Assembly (NCBI RefSeq): GCF_009914755.1
Contig: NC_060925.1
Source of the DNA: the human T2T-CHM13v2.0 reference genome, Homo sapiens
DNA: 64,000 nt
Direction: 5' to 3' (one strand)
Shown piece after piece: positions 29,430 to 43,532 of the stretch. Position numbers and translations under genes: made by a program. The first letter of the stretch is position 1. Each line of letters begins with the position of its first letter. The notes under the pieces were generated by a model that saw nothing but the letters and a program-made list of their open reading frames with translations, had not been told where the DNA came from and made no database searches.

Positions 29430-29650
29430 TTAGAAAGGGCTGACTGCAAATATCTGTGTGAGAACACTGGCTCCATCCCTTACTACCGATGTGACCTTGA
29501 GCAAGATTCTTAACTAGCGGTTCCATTTGCTCATCTGTAAAGTGTGGATGATGGTATCTCTCTCGTGGCGTAGTAGGACTAAATTAGATACATGAATAAA
29601 GTGCTTAGCACCCTGCCTAGCACACGGCAGTTAGCAAGTAGGATCCTTGC
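29430..29650 (+). mobile_element. MIR SINE
   Basis: tgtgaccttgagcaag...ctcatctgtaaagtg...aaagtgcttagcac. Confidence 0.75.
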
Positions 29651-29932
29651 TCTTAGACTTGAGCAGGATTTTGAGGAAGGAATGGCTGAAAACTGAGGGA
29701 AAAAAGAAAAGAAAGAAGTGAATGACATAAACAACTGAAGGAGGCAGTTCTGCCTGGTGGCCTGCCCAGATATTGGAACCCTTTGTCCGTATTGATGCAT
29801 TTGATACTACCTATTTGCATCTTGGTGGCCCCAAAATCACACACCAGTGATTTTTCCACCTAATATATTTGTAAGGTAGCTATTCGTAAGCTCCCATTTT
29901 TTTAGAGGCCAAGCTGAAATACTAAATGTTGA

Positions 29933-30357
<425 letters not shown>

Positions 30358-32721
30358 TGATACGTAAATTTAGGTGAAAATTTAAAATATTCATGATAAT
30401 ACTCTAAATAGGTTAAAAAAATGTCCACATCACAAGAACTAGCAGGTGACATGCACAAATGAAAACACAATTTTATTTTGGGATAAAAATTATGCATCAC
30501 ATTTGTGCTGGATTTCAATAATTCAAAATTTTTAGAATAAAAGCCCTACTCCCCATGTGTAGATCTTAGCAGTCAATATTATTCTTTTCTATCTCTTTTT
30601 CTAAGCAGTAACATCTAAAATTACTGAACGACAGGCAAACACTTTAGCAGACCTACCTACCTACCAGGTTCCCTCCCATCCAGTCCTATGATGCATGGAT
30701 GACCCTAAGAGACAATTTCCTAGTGACTGTGGCCCATTTCTAGCACAATTACTTACCAGGAATGAAAAGAAACCCAAGAAGAAAGCCAGCAAGCCATTGA
30801 GAACAAATTGCAAAATACATGGTTTTTAAACCTTAAAGACAGGTTACTGGGATCAATAATCCGCAAGTTTGAGAACCACCATCCTGAATGCTTGAGATAT
30901 CTTAGAAGCACTGCAGTCCTGAATTAGCAGAAAGTCCAGAACTGGAGGGGGTTTCTCATAGAACTTCCTGAAGGATGCTAATTATCAACCTAAAACCCAA
31001 GAGATGGCACTTTCTCCTTAATCCCAACCCCATAAAAAGCAGCCTGGGAGCCATTATGCAGCCATTATCTTTCCCAAAACACACAGAAGAGAAGGGGAGA
31101 GAAGAAGAAAGGGAAAATGAATGAAATCAGTGGAGGTGAAGGGAAAGGGCCGGACGGGAGTTTTGCCATCCTGAGTCTAAAAAGCTGAATGAAGGAAAGA
31201 CACATTATGTTCAGGCAAGGGGGGTTGTGTGCCTGCAATTCCACACCAGCCTGATGCCTCTCAGGCAATGTACTATGGGGTGCCCACGGCTGGGATAATC
31301 CATCCCTTCCCTTTGAGAAAGGCAACAACCTTCCCGTTTCCAGGCAAGACTCACAACCTCATACTCACTAGGAGTGTAACTGAGATTTCCCAACATTGCA
31401 TTTCTATTCCTGCGGGAAACACTCAGTGCCTTTGTGATCAGTTTTCAGATGGCAAATAGGATATTTTTCTCTTTCTTAAATTGGCATGGTTTTAGGCCCA
31501 GCACAGTCAGATAATAAAGACTTGGCTTTTAGCCAATTTTATTTGACAAGAAACTTGAGAATTTCCAAAAGCGTAATATGGGCATTGATTCACAGTGTCT
31601 TTAAAAACTGTATACCAAAACACACGTGCACATCTAGCGTGCAAATGCCTTGTAAGCGTCATGTTTTTCTACCCGTCTTGGTCTGCTGCCCTGCTTCCTG
31701 TCATCGTGAACAGGATGTGACCCAACAGGATGTAGTGCTCCCTTGTTTTCTGTTTTCCAGCTCTAAATAACGATGTCTGGGTTGGATGACTTGATCATTG
31801 ACCTCTAGTGACCATGGACAACCAGAGGAAAATCCACACTCCCATAATCTGAGACTCAAAGCCTGGAAGGTGGCTGGACTTTCTATTCTTTCTCTAGGTT
31901 GCTGGTAGTCTTCTCTTTCTAAGTAGGTAAACTTGGGTGAACAGCAGGTAAAAGCCGAACAGCTGATCCATCATCTGACTGGATCCGTAACTGTTCTTCT
32001 GCATCTCTGCAGAGCTGTGCTGCTCTAGTGGGGAGCACTTTGGACACCGCAGGAGAATATGACAGGGACCATGGGCTGACTCACAGCCCACCCACCACCC
32101 CACCACTCTCCAGCCCCCTTGCCGGGCACTCCACTTGACCATCTGAGATCTCGGGCACTTGCCTACCTGGATGTGTGGAGAGGGTCTGATCCTGACCATC
32201 ACAGCTGGCTCCTTCTAAAGGGCTGTCGTTTATTTAGTGCCTATCAAGGGCCTGGCCCTGTGCTGGGACTTCACAGACCCAACAGTATATTATTACTCCA
32301 TTTTATAGATGAAATAGAAAGGTTAGATAACTTGCTCAAGGTTAAAGCTTTTTCTACTCTGGCACTCTTCTAAAGGAGCAGTAATAGAGAAACCTGGAGA
32401 CATGGGAATTGCCAGTATGACCAATAGCACACCAAGGACAAACACTGTAGAAAGACCAGAATGGTCACCTTTGACTCAACCCCAGCTCCTCTTAGTCACC
32501 TGCCGTGCATCAATTTGTCCAGCCCTTTGGGAAGTCATTTAAATCTCTCACCTCTTCCAGTCATTCAGATAACATCTGCTATAGACTCACTACTCCGCTG
32601 TCTTTATGTCCCCACTGCAGTCCTGTGTACCAGAGGCTGGTCCTCTAAGAACCACCTGTGAGTGTCTGTTCTATCCTGCAGTCCTCTCCATGCACAACAG
32701 AGAAACAAAAAAACAGGAAGA

Positions 32722-32980
32722 GGGCCCGAGCGCCGTGGCTCATGCCTATAATCCCAGCACTTTGTGAGGCCGAGATAGGAGAACCACTTGAGGCCAGGGT
32801 CTTTACAAAAAAAAAAAAAAAATAGCTAGGTGTGGTGGCATGCACTTGTAGGTCTAGGAGGCTGAGGCAGGAGGATCACTGAACCCCAGGAGTTTGAGGC
32901 TGCAGTGAGCTATAATTCTGCCACTTTACTCCAGCCTGGCCAACAGAGCAAGATTCTGTATGAAAAGAAAAGAAAGAAAA
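32722..32980 (+). mobile_element. Alu (AluJ-type) with internal deletions
   Basis: J-type right arm (ggaggatcactgaaccccaggagtttgaggctgcagtgagctat). Confidence 0.85.
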
Positions 32981-33916
32981 TGGGGAGAGGGAGGGAGCGC
33001 TGTCCCAGGCTGGCGTTCTCCAGCTTTCAGAGCTGAAATCCCAGTGGTCAGGGCTCAGGCCAGCAGACTACTGCCTCACCCCCATCCGCATTACTGCAGG
33101 CTGGCTTGGGCCACCAAATGGTACATTTCCAGTATCCACAATGTAAAGAAACCTCTGTCTTATTGCAAAGCATATTATTGTCCACTGGGCCATAAACAGA
33201 GGAAGGAAGATGGGTTTGGGAAAAGGCAGGAGGGAGTTAAGAACTCTATTGGCAAGACACATTAAATTTGGGGTTTCAGAGGACCATCTAGGTAGAATTT
33301 CCAGTAGGCAACTGGAACTCTCTATCTGATGGAACTCTGAAATACTAAATAGTACCTTGGTTCTCCCACAGTATAATTATATTCATGAGAATCGAAACTA
33401 TCTCCCATAATGTGAATCTCTTCACCATAATTTACCACTGAATAAGACCCAAATATGCACTGGATTTTAAAAACTGTGATTTATGCAGCTAACAGTTCAT
33501 AAGTCAAAATTAGAATCCTTCCCTAACTCCATACTTAACCCTGAATTAACCTTCAGATGACTATGATGTTTTTAAAATATGTGGTGTTTAAAGGGCAAAA
33601 ACAGAGTCTATTTGAACAGTTAAAAGAATTTTAGTAATCTATGGCATCTGTTCTCAGCCTTAGCCACAAATTTTGATACCTGAGCCAAATAATCTAGAGA
33701 TTATTTGGTCCAGAAATTAATTAAAGGATTCTTTTTAAAAATTCTAATTGCACTAAAGGTTGAGAAACAATGAACTCTAGTTTACTCTCTCCAAAAATAT
33801 AATTTTCCAAAATACTCAGCCTCTCTAGTGATTAAAGAATAGGATAATAACTCGTCATCATCTCATATTGTCAAATAGGCAAATACTAAAAAGAATCCTA
33901 CTATCCAAGCATTAAC

Positions 33917-34083
33917 AGAGTGTGTTTTCAAACCATGAGTTACTACCCATTCATGGATCATGAACTTAACCCCACCGTATCTGGTATTTTAAAAAATGTT
34001 TTTGAAAAGAAAAGGAAGAGGAGAAAAGAGAGAAAATTTATTGCGCCTAGTCAGGAAAATATGAAAATTTATTTCAGTTATAC

Positions 34084-34129
<46 letters not shown>

Positions 34130-34188
34130 GTGGGTCACTATACAAAATGTATGTCTTCCAGTGAGTCAAAAGATTTGAAAAACACTCT
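33917..34188. mobile_element. Probable non-autonomous hAT (Charlie/MER-type) DNA transposon
   Basis: Imperfect TIRs agagtgtgttttcaaa ... tttgaaaaacactct. Confidence 0.5.
34085..34126. repeat. (TG)21 microsatellite
   Basis: Directly visible. Confidence 0.95.
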
Positions 34189-36362
34189 AGAATGTTGAGA
34201 AAAGCACACTCCCCTGGGCTGCTAGTGGCAATGTAATTGGCACAATTTTTCCCAAGGGCCCTTTGGCAGCAGCCTTGAAAAGCTTCACTTTGATCTGGGT
34301 GTTTACTCTTCTGAGAAATTATTCTTTTGAAATAACCTCTCAAATGCACATTTGCATGTAAAGATGTACACGTCACTGCTGTTTTTCACAGTGAAAACTT
34401 CAAAATATCCAACCGTATGAATTACAGTTAAATACATTATCCATGAAGCAAAATACAACGCAGACATTAAGAATAATGAAATGGATTGATATCTATTGAT
34501 TTGGAATGATGTTCAGATACATCAAAAGAAAAAGCAGGTTACAGTACAAAACATTAGGCACAGCATAATCTCATTTTGGGAAATGTGTACTGTATTTATA
34601 ATAAATCTAAGCCATAGAAAAGAGAAGTTAGGAGTACAGGCAAAGCATGACCTTCCGGGTTCCCACATCCTAGCTCTGCAACTTCCCGGCTCTGCAACTT
34701 CCCAGTTACACCATCTTGGTCAAAAAACTGAACTTCACAAGATAATCCTTGTACCTACCTCAGAAGATTGTTGTGAGAATGAGCTGAGTTTATACAGGTA
34801 AAATTCTCCAAGCAGTGTCAAGCATTTGGTAAGCACAAAAGAAATATTAGTTCTATCTATACCAGAGAGAGAATGAGAGATTTCACATCAGAAAATCTTA
34901 ACAGTGGCCATTCTCTGGGTGCTGGGATTACGAGCAAATTTCATTTCCTTCTTTATACATTTTGTATATTTAAATTTTATAATCAGAAAAAGACAAGACA
35001 GCATAAAAATTAAAAGTATATAATTTTCTCTTAGGGTTCTAAAGTGTCTTTATTTTGATAACTTTAGGTTAAAAAAACAATACTTAGAATGAGAGTAACA
35101 ACATGTTCTCCTTGGATTGTGCTTACTTCTTTCAAGAAATTCGGTTTGAGGGTCTTTTGCCCAATCAGGCAATGAACTCTGCTCTGAAATTTCATTTCCC
35201 TGATTGTGGAATTCTTTCTGTGACTTCAGAGGCTGGTACAAAGATTTTGCTTTCCAATCTCCTTCCGTAAAAGGTTTTCTGCTTTCTCTCACTCTATCAG
35301 TCTAGAGTCTACTAGCAGAAATCTGTATTAAATTGTCCCATTATACAGGCCTGAAAGCGACTCTCTGTCTCAGTATCATACCTTAGACGATTCCATTTCT
35401 CATGAAATGATGATGACATCATGTCCAAAGAACACTTCAAACTGAGTTGTCCTTTGTGTTTATCCATGAGTTAAAAACAGGGACCTTAAATGGCCTTGTG
35501 TGTGGGTGGGGAGACTCATTATTAAAGAAAATGGGGAATTACAGAAATGCACGGAAAAAAAGGATTTAGAAATCATCTATTGTTTCTCAAAGTCCATTAT
35601 TAACACACTAGCATATTTCCTTTCAGTCTTTTTCTTTGTAATCTTAGATTGCTTTAGACAATTTATAGACACAATTAATCACTTTTTTTACTTGATATTA
35701 TATGAAAAGTGTGTACCATGCTATCATATAATTTTCAAAAATATTTTAATAACTGTGTAAAGTGTTCTTGAGTGAATAATTTAATTATTTCTTTTTTAAG
35801 GAACATTCTGATTGTTTTAGCTATTATAAACAGAACTATAAATAAATTTTGTACAAATTTTGTATGAAAACTTTAATCTTTTTACATATGTAAAATTGTT
35901 TTTTTTTAACATGTGTAGAATCCAAAAAATGGAATTACTGTATCAAAGGTCATGAGCTTTTTAAGTCTTAGGATAGTAGTTACAATATTACAACTGACCT
36001 GTTATCAAACTACTCTCTATTACAACTGACCCTGTTATCTAATTACTCTCTTCCATTGGAATTGGCATCATAAACTGGTATAATGCTTTAAGAAAGCACT
36101 GGTAATATGGATTAATTTATGTGCAGCCAGGTTCCAAAAAGGATTTGAAGCAGTTTACAAAAGCAAACACAGTTAAATAATTTGATTAAGTAGAAAAATC
36201 CAGGTAAAAGGGAAAAGTAAGAAAAGAAACAACTAGCATTTATTGAATACTTATTGCATATTAGCACTGTGTTAAATTCATCGTATATAATTTCATTTAA
36301 TTCCTGCAGCACAGAGGTAAATATTATTATCCCCATTTTCTAGATAAGAAAATGGAGGCCTA

Positions 36363-36662
36363 GGCCAGGTGTGGTGGCTCATGCCTGTGATCCCAGCACT
36401 TTGGGAGGCCAAGGTGGGCAGATCACATGAGGTCAGGAGTTCAAGACCAGCCTGGCCAACATGTTGAAACCCCATCTCTACTAAAAATACAAAAATTAGC
36501 TGGGCATGGTGGTGGGTGCCTGTAGTCCCAGTTACTTGGGAACCTGAGGCAGGAGAATCACTTGAACCCAGGAGGCTGAGGTTGCAGTGAGCCAAGATCA
36601 CACCTTTGCTCTCCAGCCTGGGTGACACAGCGAGACTCTGTCTCAAAAAAAAAAAAAAAAAG
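36363..36662 (+). mobile_element. Alu (AluS-type) inserted in an antisense MIR, perfect 16-bp TSD
   Basis: AGAAAATGGAGGCCTA at 36347-36362 and 36663-36678; MIR (~36230-36750) continues on both sides. Confidence 0.95.
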
Positions 36663-39600
36663 AGAAAATGGAGGCCTAGAAAGTTAATAACTTGCTCAAA
36701 TTCACAAAACCAGTAAGAGACAAAACAGTCAAAGTCTGGAATTTGAGCTCTCATCCATTATGCTGCACTTCATGTGGGGATGTACTAAAGTACATTTATT
36801 AGGGCTAAGCCAAAATAAGAATCCACTTTCCAGTGGTCTATGCAGCGACAGAGGAAAATTTAAAGATTTGTGGTATTCATATGTTAAACACAAACCAATT
36901 TTTTCTCAGTGTGAGCATACTATTTCATTGCACTCTCTCCAACATTTGGATCATTTTATTTTTAACGTGCATACAGTACTTAAGACATTAGTCAGCGAAT
37001 GCTATATCACTGTTGTTTTCATTTTAATATCAGGAGTTTACATCTTTCATATGATAATTTATTCCTGTGTCTGCATGTCTTCCTTTGTAAACTGGCCAAC
37101 ATTTTTGCTCATTTTTCTGTTGTTTTCCCCTAAAATTTTTATGATCCTACCTTAGAATAAAGATACAAGGTTTTTAGAAACTATTTGCAGTAGATATGAC
37201 AATCCCTAGTTTTGAATTCCTATCATTTTACATTAATTTATGTCTGTAGTCAAGTATTTTCCAATATGATTTTCTATTACTTGAAAACTTAGTCCTTCAT
37301 CCTCTAGAAACTTGGCAAATAGTAAAATTTACATCTGTGAAGTCTTTCTATGATACAATGCCTGTTTAATTCTCATTCATCCAGAATAAATTTCAAGCCA
37401 TGATGTAAATTGAGAACCTATACACTTTCTTTTTATTATTACTGCTTATTTATTATTTTATTCATTTATTTTATGTGTAGCTTTGTTCCAACAAGAATTT
37501 TATTTATTCATTATTATTTATGTAGTCCTTCTGTCTATAACATGTAGTTAATTCTTGCACAGTGTATGTAATATGCAGTATCTTTAGGCCACTGAGTGTA
37601 CTCCACAGAAGTCATCCTTCTGTCACTGTAACCCTATCACGTGCACTGATAACACAAGTACTCCCAAAATGACCCAGTCTCCTTTTGAATTTGATAAATT
37701 GCCTGAATATACACTTAGGTAAATTTTAAGAATACTTTGCCAAGCCTTCTACCCCACGAAATAATCCTAGTGGATTTAGTTTGAAATAGCATTAAATGTA
37801 CAAATTAACTTTGAAACAAGTCCTATCTTCACAATGTTTTCCTTTCTTGACATGATGGGCCTTCTGTTTATTCCAGCCTTCTTTCGCATTGCTCATTGAA
37901 ATTTGTGCCTTTATTTCTATCTGTTACATTTGTTTCCCATTCTGCCCCCACTTTAGTTTCACTTTGTATCTTCCCATTTCCTTAGAGAATGAACAGCCAC
38001 ACATAATGCAATAGGACTTTTATTTAGGGTAGATGAGAAATCCTAGATCAGTTTTCATTTTACTAAACAATTAGTTAACAGAAGCATTGCCTAAGAGGCC
38101 TGTGCTCTAACTAGAACGGCAGAGTTCTCCAAGTCATTTGTTTCATCTGGTTAATAACCACTTGAAAGCCCTGTGCTCTCTTTCAAGTTACTTGGCTCCA
38201 TCTTCTGGTTTGAATTATGAGTACTTGGAGTAAGGGCAGTTAAAAGTTGCCAGAGCAGGGCTGAGACTGGGGTGAGGTGAGTTGCGCATCTAGGGTCCAG
38301 ATTTAAGGAAGCGTCTGCTCTCAGGCCCCCTGGTGCCTCGTCCACCACACCTGGTCCCAGCCTGCCCCAGGGAACCGGCTGCTGTGAGCCAGCTACCATC
38401 TGGCAAGCAGTTGGGAGAGGGAGCCACCGTTTCCCCCATAGCTCTGCCCTGGGCCTGCACAGTGGGAGTTGCTGTCATCGTCCACAAGGAGCACTTGGCC
38501 CAGCCTGGCTAATGGGCCCCACTCTTGTTTCTCCAGGTCACTTTTGTGTTTTGTAGATGCAAGAGCCATCTACAGCTGGAACCGACTGACAGCCCAACAC
38601 CATCTAAATGCTCTTACAAGATCCGTAAAGCCAAATCATTTCCATTTGAGAAGCACTTTGTCTGAACTGTGTTATTGGTCCATGGGTCATGACCTCCCTC
38701 TAGCCTGTGCCACCCTAACTGCCCTTAACTGTCCAGAACAACAACCACCCCTGCCCCTGAAGCCTTCCCTGAAAGGCTTCAAGCACAAGAGCTCGTTTTT
38801 TAAAAATCCAAGAAGAGCTGAATATGAGCAGATGAAAGCAGCTATAATAAAATGATTATAAAACCTGTATGGGAGGGGGGTTTAGATAGATGTGACACTT
38901 GATTCCACAGTCTTTCCATGCTGTTCAAATGCAGAGAGTAAAATATTTTTGGTTTTGTGCTATTTACACTTAGTAGTGTTCCAATATCTTTAATTTGTGA
39001 GTATTAAAAACATTCTTTAGTTTTATTATTTTGAAATGAATACTCAGTAAATCTTCCAAAGATGTAGAGGAGGGTTGGGTAAGAGAAACTTATATAAACG
39101 TCTTAGTTAACAAAGTGAGGGATATTCTCCTTAGTTAGAAATGGCTCTAAAAACCGAAAAACTAAGATTATAAAATTTAGAATGAGAGATAAAAGGAAAA
39201 AGAAAAGCAAAGCAAGGTTGAGGAGCAAATAAGAGGGAAGAGAACATCAGAGAGCAGAAATGTGGCAGGAGCAGGAAGAGGCCCACACACAGTAAGACCC
39301 CGGGACAGATTCGAGGCAGCAGACAGGGCTGGGGCATTCAGTGTGGGGCAAATGGGCCTCCCCACCACCACCCCACACAAATTGCTCACAATAATCCTCA
39401 AAATTAGCACTTAGTACAATCATTTTTGTTACTAATAATGACTGTATGCCTTTGAGAAAGTTGAGGCACACAGTTCCCCCACTTAAAGCAGCAATATTGA
39501 TCTATTTCATTATAATGTTATTTGTCTCTTAAATCATTTGTTATAAAAGCAAATAGATATATCAACCCATAAAAGACACAATGGTTTACATTCTTCATGC

Positions 39601-39844
39601 TCTGAGTGCTGCTGTAAGCCCTGTGACAACAGCTGTGCTTTTTGGCAGTGAACATGAACTCACATCTGTCAGTGCTGTCAGCCATGGAGCCCTCTCCTGT
39701 CCCATCCTGAGCTGATATCCAGCACTGTCTGTGGTTTACCCCACCATGGCCTTGTTGCTTGTAATTTAATTTGTGTCCTAGAAAACAACTATGCCTGGAT
39801 CAGCCCTCTACACATACAAGGTTTCTGTGAAGGGAGCGCCCAGG

Positions 39845-40147
39845 GTCATCCAGTCAAATTGGATTAGGGCCTAACCTAACAACTCTGTTTTAACTTAGCT
39901 ACGTCTTTACAGGCCCCGTTTCCTTTTCTGCTTTCCCTCTCTCAGAACAAAGACAGCACTGTTGTGAGACAGAGTAGGGATGGGACTTGACCTCCCTCCC
40001 CCATGCCCCACCAAGGACTTTTACTGCAAGCTGATCGGTCTGTGGGGATCCCGATCAGACCATCCAGACCTTGCATCATAAATCTGAGGTATTAGGGGTT
40101 AGGGCTTCAACATATGAATTTGGGGGGACACAATTCAGCCCATAACA
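39845..40147 (-). mobile_element. MLT1 (MaLR) LTR fragment interrupted by a 167-bp foreign insert
   Basis: ttggattagggcc...ttaact...tttcc [insert] tctgaggtattaggggttagggcttcaacatatgaattt...acacaattcagcccataaca. Confidence 0.8.
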
Positions 40148-40870
40148 AATGTGAACTTTTAAAAAGTTAACCTCAGTTATCGAGAACTCTTGCTCACCAA
40201 TCTAGAATCTCATTTTCTGACAGCCTCACACAATGGAGTTGGCACTTCTCTGGCATCGTTGTCATGCCAGACCCGTTCATGACTGTGGCAGAAGCTCCTG
40301 CAAGTGCAACAACTTGTGAAAGATGCACAACATGGGGTGGGTGGGGAGCAGGAAGGACAAAAAGAGCCAGAGCTGCCTGATTGTTTTGTTTTCCCACTAT
40401 CCAATAAGCAAATTAATATTATTATATCTGCAGCACTAGTCTATAGGAATTCATATTCTAGGTCAGAGTTATTGCTTTTTTGTGTTCCTATAAATGATAT
40501 ATACAACTTGTTTTAAGACAGATTCTGTGCCCTGCCTTTAGAGATCTTAATCTAGTCTGGGTGGGCCCAGGATCTGCCTGTTTCAGCAACGCCCCAGGAG
40601 ATTCTGTCTTGGGAGCCACGCTGCTAGTGGTGATAAAGCAGTGCCGTCTGGGCTGTGCACCAAACAAGGCCCCAAGACCCACAGCTCCCAAGTCAATCAG
40701 CTGATGGACTTTGAGTCAAATCAGCTGATTCCTTGAGTTGTACAAGCACATTCTCCTAATTTGCTACAAATTAAACAGGTCTGTTTCCTATTTCATTGTT
40801 AACCTAGGCTTTTAAAATTTATATAACATTAGCTATGGGTTATTGAACCTACAATAACCAAACCAGTGGA

Positions 40871-41137
40871 GGCTCACGCCTATAATCCCAGCACTTTGGG
40901 AGGCTGAGGCAGGCGGATCACTTGAGGCCAGGAGTTCGAGACCAGCCTGGCCAAAATGGTGAAACCCTATGTCTACTAAAAAATTAGCTAAGCATGGTGG
41001 CACGTGCCTGTAATCCCAGCTACTTGGGAGGCTGAGGCAGGAGAATCGCTTGAACTCAGGAGGCAGTGGTTGCCATGAGCCAAGATTGCGCCACTGCACT
41101 TCAGCCTGGGTGACACAGCGAGACTCTGTCCCAAAAA
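40871..41137 (+). mobile_element. Alu (AluS-type), slightly 5'-truncated
   Basis: Alu body; TSD acaataaccaaa. Confidence 0.9.
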
Positions 41138-41639
41138 CTAATGACAATAACCAAATCAATAAGTTGCTTTGGGGCCAAGTTATAGTATAGGCAAACAATA
41201 ACAATTTTGCAAATTAGCCATTGTTATCACCGTTTTAAAGATGGGGAAACAGAGGCTTACAGAGAATAAGTAATTTTCCCAAGATCACACAGTTGGCAAC
41301 TGTCTGAACCTAGTTTCGAACCCTGAGTCAGCTCAATTCCAAAGGTCCAGTGATTTCCAGACAACTAAATAATGCACCATTTAAAATTCTTCAGTAAGAA
41401 CTTGCAGTCAGTGCTTTTAGTCTATACAGGATATCAGTTTGTTCCAGGCAGTGCTAAGATGTGTAACAATATTGAATGTCTTTCATTTTAAGACAATTGT
41501 AAGATTTAATGAGGACATCAGTGTAATAATAGCTTTGGGGAAGCATAAAACACCACAATAAATATATATGTCAAATATAAGATGCCTCACTATTTGGAAA
41601 TGTTAAACATTTTGTGAAAAATAAAACATAAAGATGGTC

Positions 41640-41945
41640 GGCTGGGTGCAGTGGCTCACACCTGTAATCCCAGAGCTTTGGGAGGCCAAGGCAGGAGGAC
41701 TGCTTGAGCCCAAGAGTTCAAGAACAGCCTGGGCAACATAGCAAGACCACCTCTCTACAAAAAAATATAATTAAAAAATTAGCTGACCATGGTGGTGCAC
41801 ACCTGTAGTCCTAGATACTCAGGCGGTTGAGGCAGGAGGATTGCTTGAGCCAGGAGTTCAAAGGTACAGTGAGCTATGATCACACCACTGCACTCTAGCC
41901 TAGGTAACAGAGCAAGTCCCTGTCTCAAAAAAAAATAATTAATTA
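41640..41945 (+). mobile_element. Alu (AluJ-type)
   Basis: J-type arms (ggaggattgcttgagcc...gtgagctatgatcacacc). Confidence 0.9.
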
Positions 41946-42746
41946 AAATAAAGATGAGGGAAAATACCCTAGAATCAATGAAGAAAACCACACAATTTGT
42001 CTTGACAACACAGCCACTGGCCTGCAGTGCCATCTGCTGTAAAGAAGTGGCAACTACAGTAGCCCTCAATGCCAGGGTTTTACCAGGGCAGGAGGGCTAG
42101 TAACCTCTTCGTTACCCAGGTGTCTCAGAGTGCCAGTGTCCACGTCACGGATATGGAATAAAGGGGGAAATACAAATAAAAGTAAAAGATAAGAGGAAGA
42201 AAAATAAAGAAGATGGAAGAGAAAAATAAAAATAAAATAGGGAGGTGGTGTCATCATCCCTGTCATTAGGAGACTACCTCTTACCCGCCAGGTATTTTGC
42301 ACATTTTATCTACAACCTATTTTGTTGATCTGTCTTACCAGGGGCTTGCCTTTTTTATTTTTCCAGTCTTTTCAAAGAACAAGCTTTTATTTTTATTGAT
42401 CATCGGTATTGCGTTTTTGTTTTGTATTTCACTCATTTCTGCTAGCGTTTCTTCCCTCTACTTACTTCGGATAATTAGTTTCCATACATATGCCATGTGA
42501 TTTTAAATCCTAGCATTTCAGAGCTGGAAGGAGATCAAGAAAAACCTGGCTCTCCTCTCTCATTTTACAAAGAGACCCAGAGAAAGAGGAAATTTGCCGT
42601 ATGTCCTACAGCTGGTGCCTCGTTTCCACACAGATGAGTAATTGCTCCTCCTCCATTCATACCATGTTCCCCTCTTCCTCTTCTTTCCCTCCTCCCTTTC
42701 CTTTTCTGCTTTCCCTCACTCAGAACAGAAAAAGATAGCATTGTTG

Positions 42747-43290
42747 TGAGACAGAGTAGGCGTGGGACTGGGCCTCCCTCCCCCGTGCCCCACCAAGGAC
42801 CTTTACTGCAAGCTGGTGGGGACCCCAATCAGACCATTCAGACCTTGCACCATAAATCTTGTTCAAGACGCCACACCCACTGATTGGAGGGTCTTGAAGA
42901 AGCTAAAATAAGCAGCTCTCACCATCAATCCTACTCAAGGGAGTTAACCCTATCTCCCGCATGCCTCAAGGCCAGAAGAATGGAGTAATCTTTAACCTTA
43001 GCTTCATTATGGTAGGAAAAATCACACCCAGGGGTGAAGATTGAACATGCTAATGAGACATGTGACATGTGAAGAAGCATGTTATGAACTGCACAGGGGC
43101 TAAAATTTCCCCGCCTCTACATACCTAAACATCACTTTCCCACCATAGCCCCTTTAAAACTGCCTCTCTAACTCCTCCAGGGCCAGCCAGACTCAGTCTC
43201 TCTCTCTCTCAAGCCTTGTTTAGGAAAACTCTTTTGGCCTCGGGTCAATTTCTATTGTATTAAAAGCCCAAGAACCCATGGCTGGTAACA
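42747..43290 (+). mobile_element. Solo ERV1 LTR (MER4 group, tentatively LTR35-like), 4-bp TSD GTTG
   Basis: TG...CA ends (TGAGACAGAGTAGG ... cccaagaacccatggctggtaACA); GTTG at 42743-42746 and 43291-43294. Confidence 0.8.
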
Positions 43291-43532
43291 GTTGGACTGA
43301 TAAAATTCAGGATAAATAGGCAAACTTCCCCCTTAAAAGATCTAAATTTAAAATCATAGTGCATCAAATTTTGTACATTTGTGCTGGAAGTTAGTGGTTT
43401 TCCTGTTTTTACAACACTACACATGTACTCCAAATAGACAAGGTTACCAAATGCAAACAAATTTTAGAAAACAAAATTCAACCTGCCTCTTTAGAAGCTT
43501 ATACTTGTACCTATTAAAAATGGTGATATTCA

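Noticed and set aside
36293-36754. 153-aa ORF and similar ORFs of the '[13 protein letters not shown]' type
   Set aside because: Antisense Alu translations
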